From: an uncultured Candidatus Rokubacteria bacterium
Lineage (GTDB): Bacteria > Methylomirabilota > Methylomirabilia > Rokubacteriales > CSP1-6
DNA: 64,000 nt
Assembly (NCBI GenBank): GCA_963789955.1
Contig: CAWBMV010000034.1
Span: forward strand, 928,001 to 992,000
Direction of reading: 5' to 3'
Part shown: piece after piece, positions 50,295 through 59,128 of the stretch
Layout: every line of letters starts with the position of its first letter
Numbering within the stretch: position 1 is the stretch's first letter
Program-made: the position numbers and the translations under genes
The notes under the pieces: model-generated
Told to the model about the DNA's origin: nothing
The model's database searches: none
The model's input: the letters and a program-made list of their open reading frames with translations, nothing else

Positions 50295-51146
50295 ATGCCG
50301 GAACTGCAGCTGCGCGGAGGCGAAGTCGACGGGCTCCGCTTGCACTATGTGGTCGAAGGTCGCGGGCCCGCCGTCATCTTCGTTCACGGTCTCGGCGGCT
50401 TCGCCGAGTCGTGGCGCCACAACGTGCGTCCGCTCGCCGGCCGCGCCACGGTGTTCTCCGTCGACCTCCCGGGATTCGGGGAATCCGCGAAACCGCGCAC
50501 GCATTACCGGCTCGGCTATTTCGCGAACGCGCTGCGCGGCTTCATGGATGGGCTCGGGCTCGCGCAGGCCTCCCTGGTGGGCCACTCGCTCGGCGGTGCC
50601 GTCTCCATCACGCTCGCGTTGACGCATCCGACGCGGGTTGAGCGGCTCGCGCTCGTCGGAGGCGTCGTGCCCGGCTGCAGCTACCGTCCATCGTGGATCT
50701 ATCGCCTCGTCGCGCTCCGCGGTCTCGGCGAGCTCCTGTCGCTCGGCGGCAGCGCCAAGCTCTACAAGGCCGCGCTCGCGCGCTGTTTCCATGCGCCCGA
50801 TCGTCGCGAGGTCGATTTCTTCGTGGACCACGGCTACGCCTCGCGCACGGACGGCGTGGCGCGCGCGGCCTACCTGGCCACGTTGCGTGACGTGCGCGTC
50901 GATTTCGAGACTCACTGCGAGGACTATCGCCGCGCGCTGACGACACTGCAGCTCCCGGTGCTGCTGATCCACGGCCGCCAGGATCGCGTCGTGCCCGCCG
51001 AGCATTGCGCGGAAGTCGCCGGCGTGCTCCGGCACGCGGCGGTTCGCTGGGTCGACGCGTGCGGACACTTCCCGCAGATCGAACACGTCGAGGCGGTGAA
51101 CGGCTGGCTCGTGGATTTTCTGGTCGGCCGTCCGGCGCCCCGCTAA
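50295..51146 (+). CDS. Alpha/beta hydrolase
   Basis: HG, GHSLGG, GRQD, GH. Confidence 0.9.
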   Translation: MPELQLRGGEVDGLRLHYVVEGRGPAVIFVHGLGGFAESWRHNVRPLAGRATVFSVDLPGFGESAKPRTHYRLGYFANALRGFMDGLGLAQASLVGHSLGGAVSITLALTHPTRVERLALVGGVVPGCSYRPSWIYRLVALRGLGELLSLGGSAKLYKAALARCFHAPDRREVDFFVDHGYASRTDGVARAAYLATLRDVRVDFETHCEDYRRALTTLQLPVLLIHGRQDRVVPAEHCAEVAGVLRHAAVRWVDACGHFPQIEHVEAVNGWLVDFLVGRPAPR

Positions 51147-51158
51147 CGGAGCGGCGAG

Positions 51159-51476
51159 ATGGACGAGATCACCCCGCAGGAGCTGAAGGCGCGTCTGGCC
51201 GGTAGCGATCGCCCGCTCTTGCTCGACGTCCGCCAGGACTGGGAGACCCGGCTGGCTCGACTCGAGAACGCCGTGCACATTCCGATCGAGGAGATGGAGC
51301 TCAGGGTCGACGAGCTGAACGCCGACGACGAGATCGTCGTCTACTGCCACCAGGGCGTGCGCAGCGCCGCCGTCGCCGACTATCTCCGGCAGCGCGGCTT
51401 CAAGAACGTCAAGAACCTCCGCGGCGGGCTGGACTACTGGGCCCGCACCGTCGACACCTCGATGCGCCGGTACTAG
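51159..51476 (+). CDS. Rhodanese-like protein
   Basis: LDVR, YCHQGVRS, LRGG. Confidence 0.9.
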   Translation: MDEITPQELKARLAGSDRPLLLDVRQDWETRLARLENAVHIPIEEMELRVDELNADDEIVVYCHQGVRSAAVADYLRQRGFKNVKNLRGGLDYWARTVDTSMRRY

Positions 51477-52244
51477 TGGGGGCGCCACTCACGATCCAGC
51501 GAGCGGGCGCCGCGGTCTGGTGCACGCTCGATCGTCCGCCGCTCAACCTCTTCGAGCCGACCCTGATCCAAGCCGTGTGCGACGCCTTTCAGGTGCTGGC
51601 GTCCGATCGAGAGACGCGAGTCGCGGTGATCACCGGGAGCGGGCGCGCCTTCACGGCCGGCATGGACGTGCGCGTCCTGCGCGATCTCGACACGGCCCGG
51701 GCTCGCGAGCTGATCACCACACTCCACGACGCGATCGCGGCCGTCCACCGGGCGCCGTTCCCGGTGATCGCCGCGGTCAACGGGCCCTGCCTGGGCGGCG
51801 GCTTCGAGCTCGCGCTGGCGTGCGATCTGCGCGTGGCGGTGGAGAGCGCGTCGTTCGGTTTGCCCGAAGTGCGTGTCGGCGTCCCGTCCGTGATCCAGGC
51901 GGCGCTGCTCCCGCCGATGATCGGACCCGGCCGGGCCGCCGAGATGCTGTTGACCGGGATGCCGATCACCGCGGCGCAGGCGCTCGACTGGGGACTCGTG
52001 AACCGCGTCGTGCCCGGCGATTGCCTGCGCGCCACGGTCGATGAGCTCGTCGCGGCGATTCTCGCGAGCGGCCCCGAGGCCGATCCGCCTGCAGAAAGAG
52101 CTGATCGTCCGCTGGCGCGAGACCGATCTCGCGACGGCGGTGCGCTATGGGATCAATGCGTTCGCCACCGCGTACGCCACCGGCGAGCCGCGCGAGGGGA
52201 TGAACGCCTACCTGGAAAAGCGGGCGCCGAACTTCAAGCGGTGA
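51476..52244 (+). CDS. Enoyl-CoA hydratase/isomerase, frameshift near 52083
   Basis: FTAGMD, GGGFELALACD, PEV; C-terminus in ORF 52041..52244. Confidence 0.88.
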
Positions 52245-52247
52245 CGG

Positions 52248-52988
52248 GTGAAGGTCGAAACCATCACGATCGACCTCTGGGGCACCTTGCTCTTCGATGG
52301 TCCGGCGAGCGACAACCGCTACAAGAAGCGGCGCATGGCCGATTTTGCGACCCTGCTCGCAGCGGCCGGCTTCTCGGCGTCGACGTCGTCGCTCGACCGC
52401 GCCTACGACGAGTCGGGAGCGTATCTCAGCCGGATCTGGTCCACACACCGTGACGTACCCGGCCTCGATCACGTTCGCGCGATCCTGGCCGCGCTCGATC
52501 CCTCGCTGCCGCGACGCATCCCGCCGGCGCTGCTGACGGCGCTGCTCGACGCGTACTCGCGCCCGATCCTGCTTTTGCCTCCGGCCGTCGACGACGGTGC
52601 CCTGGCCGCGCTGGAAACGCTCAAGGGCTCGGGCTACAAGCTGGCGCTCGTGTCGAACATCATGCGCACGCCCGGCGCGACCCTCCGGCAGCTGCTCGGC
52701 CGATTTCGACTCCTGGGTTACTTCGAGCAGACCACGTTTTCCGACGAGGTCAGAATTCGAAAGCCCGCGCCCGAGATCTTCGCGTTGACCTTGCGTGCGA
52801 TGGGCGCCGACGCCGCGACGGCCGTCCACGTTGGTGACGATCCGATTCTCGACGTGCAGGGAGCGCGGGCGGCGGGGATGCGGGTGATTCAGGTGACGTC
52901 GTCTTCGCGGGGGAACTCGAACCGGCCCGACCTCACCATCCCGAGGCTCGCCGATCTGCCGGCGGCCATCGAGCGGCTCGAAGGATGA
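52248..52988 (+). CDS. HAD-family hydrolase
   Basis: DLWGT, VSN, KP, VGDD..D. Confidence 0.88.
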   Translation: MKVETITIDLWGTLLFDGPASDNRYKKRRMADFATLLAAAGFSASTSSLDRAYDESGAYLSRIWSTHRDVPGLDHVRAILAALDPSLPRRIPPALLTALLDAYSRPILLLPPAVDDGALAALETLKGSGYKLALVSNIMRTPGATLRQLLGRFRLLGYFEQTTFSDEVRIRKPAPEIFALTLRAMGADAATAVHVGDDPILDVQGARAAGMRVIQVTSSSRGNSNRPDLTIPRLADLPAAIERLEG

Positions 52989-53369
52989 CTAACCGGCGTA
53001 GTTGATACTGGAACGAGCTGCGGTCGCCTGGCTGCTTCGCGTCGAGACCCGGCCCGGCATCAACAGGCCGATCTCTTCGAAGTAGCGGCGAATCGGATCC
53101 GTGATGCGGTCGGCGTACGCCTCGAGCACGCGATACGAGATTCCGCGATGGTAGGTCGCGCTCCTGAAGTCGCCGCTGCGCCAGCCGAGCACCTTGGCGC
53201 TCCGGCTCTCGCGATTTCTCAGGATGAGCCCGAACGTTCCGAGGCCGGAAACCCAGTGATCCGGGTTGTGCAGGCTGAGCTCGGAGCAGAGTCCGGTGAC
53301 CTGCCACTCCGGGGCGAACTCCGCCAGGGCCAGCTCGACCAGGCGCTGCACTTGTTCCGGGAGCAACAT
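52989..53369 (-). CDS. Hypothetical protein
   Basis: Clean ORF with GGAGG RBS and an upstream sigma54 motif. Confidence 0.75.
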   Translation of the reverse strand: MLLPEQVQRLVELALAEFAPEWQVTGLCSELSLHNPDHWVSGLGTFGLILRNRESRSAKVLGWRSGDFRSATYHRGISYRVLEAYADRITDPIRRYFEEIGLLMPGRVSTRSSQATAARSSINYAG

Positions 53370-53407
53370 CCCCTACCTCCTCCAGTGATGCTGTCGCCGT
53401 GGGGGAC

Positions 53408-53422
53408 GCAAGGAGGGTGCCA
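53408..53422 (-). promoter_or_regulatory. Sigma54 (-24/-12) promoter
   Basis: TGGCAC-CCTCC-TTGC on the minus strand matches the consensus. Confidence 0.7.
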
Positions 53423-53594
53423 CGGGGGCCAGTCTCGGTGGCTGCGGCTGAAAATCCGAGCTTTTGAGCGGTTGCGCCGCTCCGAGCGCCGACGTCAGCA
53501 TCCTGACGTTTGGTCGGCAAAGGGTGTCATGCTGCCACGGCGCCGGACACATTGGCGTCTAGCGCACCGCGCCATCGGGTTAAGATAGCCGCCG

Positions 53595-54119
53595 ATGGAC
53601 ATCGCCGACCTCAAGGGGAAGATCCGTGACATCAAGGACTTCCCGACCGACGGCATCCTCTTCAAAGACATCACCACGCTCCTCAAGGACGGCCCGGCTT
53701 TTCGGTACGTCATCGACGCGTTCGTCCAACGATATCAGGCGGAACGCGTCGACGTCGTCGTCGGTATCGAATCGCGGGGCTTCATCATGGGCGGCGCGAT
53801 CGCGCACCAGTTGAAGGCGGGCTTCGTCCCGGTTCGCAAGCTCGGCAAGCTGCCGGGCAAGACCATCGAGGTCGAGTACGAGCTCGAGTACGGACGCGAC
53901 GCGCTCGCCGTGCACGAGGACGCGATCAAGCCCGGCCAGCGAGTGCTCGCGGTGGACGACCTCCTCGCCACCGGTGGTACGATGGGGGCAACCTTGCGGC
54001 TCATCCGGCAGCTCGGCGGACAGGTCGTCGGGGTTGCGTTCATGATCGAGCTCGCGTTTCTTCACGGTCGAGACAAGCTGAAGGAGCAGACGCTGCATTC
54101 GCTCATCGTTTATGAATAA
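53595..54119 (+). CDS. apt: Adenine phosphoribosyltransferase
   Basis: FKDIT, ESRGF, RK.GKLP, LEYG, VDDLLATGGT. Confidence 0.95.
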   Translation: MDIADLKGKIRDIKDFPTDGILFKDITTLLKDGPAFRYVIDAFVQRYQAERVDVVVGIESRGFIMGGAIAHQLKAGFVPVRKLGKLPGKTIEVEYELEYGRDALAVHEDAIKPGQRVLAVDDLLATGGTMGATLRLIRQLGGQVVGVAFMIELAFLHGRDKLKEQTLHSLIVYE

Positions 54120-54430
54120 GCTCGTCACATTCGTCGGTGCGGTGGTCCTGATCGGCGGCTGGTCCGCGGCGGCGGTCGCGGACGAGGCGAAATCGCAGAT
54201 CAGCGCGTCGATGCTCCTCCGCATGTCCGCACCGATCTCCGAGACCCGCGATGCCGCGTTCGATCGCGCCATGAAAGAGCCCCCGGCCTCCGGCGCGCCG
54301 ACCCGACGGCGAGGTCCAGCCCGACGGAACGGTGCGCTACGGCTCGATGGTCATGACCGTGAGGAATCCGTGTCCTCCCGGGACTCACTACGAGCCGCCG
54401 CCTCTGCCCGGTCGCGCCGTCCGGAAGTAA
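54112..54430 (+). CDS. Small secreted hypothetical protein, likely frameshifted
   Basis: Signal peptide; sensible continuation in an alternative frame. Confidence 0.55.
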
Positions 54431-54455
54431 GCGACCGCCCGACGAAGGACCGCGC

Positions 54456-55313
54456 ATGACCATCACGAACGTCGGTGTCATCGGCTGCGGTCTCATGGGT
54501 TCCGGCATCGTCCAGGTGTCGGCTCAGGCCGGATTCCAGGTGCTCTTCGTCGAGGCCAACGACGAGCTGGTCAAGCGCGGGCTCGGTCGGCTGCGAGAGA
54601 CACTCGAAGGCCTCGCCAGCCGCGGAAAGCTCGACGCCAAGGCCAAGGACGCGGCGCTGGGGCGCATCGCCGGGACCACGCGACTCGACGATCTGAAGTC
54701 CTGCGACCTCGTCGTCGAGGCGATGACCGAGAATCAGGCGCTCAAGAACGAAACGTTCGCCAAGCTCCACGAGATCTGCGCGCCGCACGCGATCCTCGCG
54801 TCGAACACCTCCTCGTGCAATGTCACCGCGATGGCGGCCGCCACCGGGCGGCCGGCGCAGGTGCTCGGGCTTCACTTCTTCAACCCGGTGCCGCTGATGA
54901 AGCTCGTGGAAGTCGTCCGCACGATCCTGACGGACGACGGCGCGGTGAAGACGGCCACCGAGTGGGTGCAGGCCGTCGGCAAGACGCCGGTGCAGACGAA
55001 GGACTCGACCGCGTTCATCGTCAACCGTCTGCTGGTGCCCTACCTGCTCGATGCGATCCGGGTCTACGAGAGCGGGCTCTCCTCGCTGGAGGACATCGAC
55101 CTCGCGATGAAGCTCGGCTGTGGCTACCCGATGGGCCCGTTCACGCTCCTCGATCTCGTCGGCCTCGACACGACGATGTACGTCGCCGAGGTGATGTTCG
55201 AGGAGTTCCGCGAAGCGCGCTACGCGCCGCCCCCGCTGCTCAAGCGCATGGTGATGGCCGGGCAGCTCGGGCGGAAGACCGGGAAGGGCTTCTACACCTA
55301 CCCCGCTAAGTAG
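54456..55313 (+). CDS. 3-hydroxyacyl(butyryl)-CoA dehydrogenase
   Basis: GCGLMG, SNTSS, HFFNP, PMGP. Confidence 0.93.
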   Translation: MTITNVGVIGCGLMGSGIVQVSAQAGFQVLFVEANDELVKRGLGRLRETLEGLASRGKLDAKAKDAALGRIAGTTRLDDLKSCDLVVEAMTENQALKNETFAKLHEICAPHAILASNTSSCNVTAMAAATGRPAQVLGLHFFNPVPLMKLVEVVRTILTDDGAVKTATEWVQAVGKTPVQTKDSTAFIVNRLLVPYLLDAIRVYESGLSSLEDIDLAMKLGCGYPMGPFTLLDLVGLDTTMYVAEVMFEEFREARYAPPPLLKRMVMAGQLGRKTGKGFYTYPAK

Positions 55314-55320
55314 CAGCCGC

Positions 55321-55596
55321 CTAGATTACCAGCAGCACGACGCCCCACACGGCGACGAGCGTCACCAGGAGCAGGCGGCTCAACACGCGGAGGCGAAAAC
55401 GCTTTCTCGCGAGGGGAGCGCCCTGCGCGTCGGGATCGCGCAGGCGCTCACCCTCGGCACGGCTCGAGCCGACGCCGTGCTGGTTCGCACCGAAGCCGAT
55501 GAAAAGATCGCTGTGCGGAAACGTGACTCTCAGGAGATCCAGCCGGTCGACGACGGCCGCACCACGATCTTGAACGTGCCGATCCGTGAGCCACAT
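55321..55596 (-). CDS. Small hypothetical membrane protein
   Basis: C-terminal hydrophobic helix; follows the GT2 gene. Confidence 0.55.
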   Translation of the reverse strand: MWLTDRHVQDRGAAVVDRLDLLRVTFPHSDLFIGFGANQHGVGSSRAEGERLRDPDAQGAPLARKRFRLRVLSRLLLVTLVAVWGVVLLVI

Positions 55597-55599
55597 GAC

Positions 55600-56433
55600 T
55601 CAGCGTCCGAGGGCGGGAGCGGACCGGCGATGGTCCACGACGACGCGAGGCGCCGCCGAAGCCGCCGGCTGAAGCCGCGTATATCGCCCGCGGAGGCTGT
55701 CGAAGGCCCGCGAGTGCCACACACCGTGCTGGTGCAGGCTGAAGCGGGCGAGGAGCGAGAGGATGCGCAGCCCGTAGACGGTCGACGCCGAGAAGCTCGC
55801 CGACGACGCTTCGGGGAAATACCGTGTCGGCACCGCGATCTCGGCGATGCGGTAGCCGGAGGCGACGATCTGCGCCACGATCTCCTGGTCGAAGATGAAG
55901 CCGTCCGAGTTCAACGCGAGGTTGACGGTCTCCAGCACTTCCCGCCGGAAGGCGCGGTAGCCCGTGTGGAACTCGGACAGCGACAGATCGAACGTCCGAT
56001 TCTCGAGGTTCGTGAGGAAGCGGTTCGAGAAATACTTCCACCAGGGCATCCCCTGGGCCAGCGCCGAACCGCTCTTCAGTCGCGAGCCGAACACGACGTC
56101 GGCCTCCCCACGGACGATCGGATCGATGATCTGCGGAACCAATCGCGGATCGTACTGATAGTCGGGATGGACCATGACCACGATGTCCGCCCCCGCTCGC
56201 AGCGCCTCCGCGTAGCATGTCTTCTGATTCGCGCCGTAACCGTAGTTCCGGTTGTGCACGAAGATCTCGAGGCCGAGCTGCCGCGCGACCTCGAGCGTTC
56301 CATCGGTCGAGCCGTCGTCCACCAGGATCACGAGGCTGACGGTGTCTTTCGGCAGCTCTTCGTATGTGAGGCGGAGCGTACGCCCCGCGTTGTAGGCCGG
56401 CATCACCACCACGACTTTCTCTGACGTCTGCAT
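55600..56433 (-). CDS. Glycosyltransferase family 2 (DPM synthase-like)
   Basis: PAYN, VDDGS.D, N.GYG, GSR, TGYRAF. Confidence 0.9.
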   Translation of the reverse strand: MQTSEKVVVVMPAYNAGRTLRLTYEELPKDTVSLVILVDDGSTDGTLEVARQLGLEIFVHNRNYGYGANQKTCYAEALRAGADIVVMVHPDYQYDPRLVPQIIDPIVRGEADVVFGSRLKSGSALAQGMPWWKYFSNRFLTNLENRTFDLSLSEFHTGYRAFRREVLETVNLALNSDGFIFDQEIVAQIVASGYRIAEIAVPTRYFPEASSASFSASTVYGLRILSLLARFSLHQHGVWHSRAFDSLRGRYTRLQPAASAAPRVVVDHRRSAPALGR

Positions 56434-56593
56434 GGCGCTCCCCAGGTGCACCGTCGATGCCATTCGGCGGCTCGTTGCAATCTCGCGCACTTGCGGCGCA
56501 TCCGCGGGATATCCGGACTGTTTCGCTACAAAAAATCGTAGGCGGGCGTGACGAGATTTGTCAGGGGCTTGTAGACTGGTGGCGGGTCTTTCC

Positions 56594-57748
56594 ATGACGA
56601 CGACGCGCGACGACTTCTATCTGACGCCCGAGCAGCGGGAGATGCGCGCCCTGGTCCGCACGATCGCGCGCGAGCGGATCGCGCCGATGGCCGCCCACGT
56701 GGACGAGGCCGAGGCGTACCCCGAGGAGGGCCTGAAGGTGCTCGGGGAACAGGGGCTCATGGGCCTCTACATCCCCGACGCCTACGGCGGAACCGACATG
56801 GGCACCCTCGCGTTCTGCCTCGCCGTCGAAGAGATCGCCTGGGCGTGCGCATCCTCCGCGATCATCTATCTCGTTCAGTACGTGGGGGGCTGGCCGATTG
56901 TCGCGGCCGGCACCGAGGAGCAGAAGCGGCGCTATCTCCCGCGCCTGGCGTCCGGCGAGATCACGGCGGCCTTTTCACTCTCGGAGCCCGGGGCCGGCTC
57001 CGACGCCGCCTCCATCTCCACGCGTGCCGTTCGCAAGGGCGATCGCTACATCCTGAACGGCACGAAGCTCTGGGTGTCGAACGGCAGCAAGGCATCGGTC
57101 ATCACGCTCTTCGCGACGGTCGACCGCGGCCTGGGCAAGGGCGGCGTCACGGCGTTTCTCGTCGAGCCGACGTTTCCGGGTTTCACCGTCGGCAAGCTCG
57201 AGCGCAAGCTGGGGATCCGCGGATCGCCGACCGCCGCGCTCCATCTGACCGACTGCGAGGTGCCGGTCGAGAATCGCCTGGGCGAGGAAGGCGAGGGCTA
57301 CAAGATCGCGCTCCGTGTCCTGGACGGCTCGCGCCCCGCGGTCGGGGCCCAGGCCGTGGGCATCGGCCAGGCCGCGCTCGACGCCGCGGTGGCCTACGCC
57401 AAGGAACGCCAGCAGTTCGGTCAGCCGATCGCCGCCTTCCAGGGCATCCAGTTCATGCTGGCCGACATGGCGATCGCGGTGCACGGCTCGCGGCTGCTCG
57501 TGCATCACGCGGCGGCGCTCGTCGATCGCGGCGCCACGAAGACGGCCCTCGAATCGTCGATGGCGAAGTGCTTCGCGGCCGATAGCGCCGTGAAGGTCGC
57601 GACCGACGCCGTGCAGATCTTCGGCGGCTACGGTTATACGCGCGAGTACCCGGTCGAGCGCTTCATGCGCGACGCGAAGATCACCCAGATCTACGAAGGC
57701 ACGAACCAGATCCAGCGCATCGTCATCGCCCGCGAGCTGACCCGGTGA
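56594..57748 (+). CDS. Acyl-CoA dehydrogenase
   Basis: [28 protein letters not shown]. Confidence 0.95.
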   Translation: MTTTRDDFYLTPEQREMRALVRTIARERIAPMAAHVDEAEAYPEEGLKVLGEQGLMGLYIPDAYGGTDMGTLAFCLAVEEIAWACASSAIIYLVQYVGGWPIVAAGTEEQKRRYLPRLASGEITAAFSLSEPGAGSDAASISTRAVRKGDRYILNGTKLWVSNGSKASVITLFATVDRGLGKGGVTAFLVEPTFPGFTVGKLERKLGIRGSPTAALHLTDCEVPVENRLGEEGEGYKIALRVLDGSRPAVGAQAVGIGQAALDAAVAYAKERQQFGQPIAAFQGIQFMLADMAIAVHGSRLLVHHAAALVDRGATKTALESSMAKCFAADSAVKVATDAVQIFGGYGYTREYPVERFMRDAKITQIYEGTNQIQRIVIARELTR

Positions 57749-58275
57749 TGAGCGACGACGTTCGGGCGCTCGCGCCGAGCGAGGTGGCCCGGCTGATCGA
57801 GAGCGCGGCCGCGGCGATTCGCGCCGAGTTCGCGGCCCATCCAGACGACGTCCTGGCATGGCACCCGGCGCCCGGCGAGTGGTGCGCCAAAGAAGTCCTC
57901 GGCCACCTCATCGAGAGCGAGCGCCGCGGCTTCGCCGGCCGGATTCGTCTCATCCTGGCCGGCGACGAGCCGAGCCTCGAAGCGTGGGATCAGGGCGAGG
58001 TCGCTCGCGCGCGGCACGACTGCCAGCGTCCGGCCGCGGCGCTGATCGCCGAGCTCGACGCGCTGCGTCGCGACAGCGCCGGCCTGGTCGCCGGGCTTCG
58101 CCCCGCCGATCTGGAGCGCGGGGGCCGGCATCCAAAGGTCGGCCGGCTTCGGGTGGACGAGCTGCTCCACGAGTGGGTTCACCATGATCGGAACCACCTG
58201 CGCCAGATGCTCGCCAACACCCAGGCGGCCGCCTGGCCGCATATGGGCAACGCTCGCCGTTTTACGACGGATTAG
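57748..58275 (+). CDS. DinB-family protein
   Basis: W..KEVLGHL, HHDRNH. Confidence 0.85.
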   Translation: MSDDVRALAPSEVARLIESAAAAIRAEFAAHPDDVLAWHPAPGEWCAKEVLGHLIESERRGFAGRIRLILAGDEPSLEAWDQGEVARARHDCQRPAAALIAELDALRRDSAGLVAGLRPADLERGGRHPKVGRLRVDELLHEWVHHDRNHLRQMLANTQAAAWPHMGNARRFTTD

Positions 58276-58367
58276 CCCGCCTGCGCCGCCCGCTCGGGGC
58301 CGCGCCGCTTCGGATCGTCCGAGATGGGACCAACGGATCATTGACGCGCCGGGGCCGCGGTGGTACG

Positions 58368-58377
58368 TGTCTAGACA
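58368..58377. promoter_or_regulatory. GntR/HutC-type operator TGTCTAGACA
   Basis: Perfect palindrome matching GT-N-TA-N-AC, downstream of TTGACG (58341) and just upstream of the GntR gene. Confidence 0.7.
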
Positions 58378-58402
58378 TCCTGACAACAGGAGGACCGCTC
58401 CT

Positions 58403-59128
58403 TTGAATTACCGCCCCGGTATTCCCCGCTATCTGCAGATCGCCGACTCCATCCGCCACGAGCTCCGCGACGAAGGCGAGCGAATCGCCTCCGAGCACGC
58501 GCTCTGCGCACGCTTCAAGGTGAGCCGCCCGACCATCCGTCAGGCGCTCGACGTCCTGGTTCAGGAAGGACGACTCTACCGCCACGCCGGGCGCGGGACG
58601 TTCGCGACACCGGCCGCCGGCGGCGATCGAAAGCTCCGCGTGATCGGCTCGGTGGGCGACATGATGGCGCTGGGCGACGAAACCTGGTTCAAGTTCGTGT
58701 CGAAAGAGGTCGTGCTGCTGCCGGCGAACATCGCGCAGGCGCTACGACTGCCGCCTCGCTCGTCGGCGTACTGCATCGTCGGCGTGCGCCATGCCGAGTC
58801 CGGGCCGTTCCAGCACGTCACCGCCTACATGCCGCTGACGATCGGCACCGCGCTCTCCGACGAGGATCTCTCCAAGACCTCGCTGATCGGAGCCATCGAG
58901 CGGGTGCTCGGCGTGCCGATCAAGCTCATGGAGCAGGTGGTCGACGCCGCGCTCGCGCCGCGCCAGGTCGCCGAGCACCTCCAGATTCGCGCCCGATCAC
59001 CGCTGCTCTTCTTCGAGCGCACGTACTTCGCGCTCAGCGGCGAGCCCGTGGAGCACGCCATCAGCTGGCAGACCGGCCGACGCTACCCGTACCGGATCGT
59101 CCTCTCGCGCGCGGAGCGCCGGAACTGA
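58403..59128 (+). CDS. GntR (HutC/UTRA) transcriptional regulator
   Basis: YLQIA, SE..L...F.VSRPTIRQAL, G.GTF, UTRA-like C-terminus; AGGAGG RBS before TTG. Confidence 0.9.
   Translation: MNYRPGIPRYLQIADSIRHELRDEGERIASEHALCARFKVSRPTIRQALDVLVQEGRLYRHAGRGTFATPAAGGDRKLRVIGSVGDMMALGDETWFKFVSKEVVLLPANIAQALRLPPRSSAYCIVGVRHAESGPFQHVTAYMPLTIGTALSDEDLSKTSLIGAIERVLGVPIKLMEQVVDAALAPRQVAEHLQIRARSPLLFFERTYFALSGEPVEHAISWQTGRRYPYRIVLSRAERRN

Noticed and set aside
56473..56490. Possible sigma54 promoter upstream of the GT2 gene
   Set aside because: TTGC is present but the -24 GG is missing.
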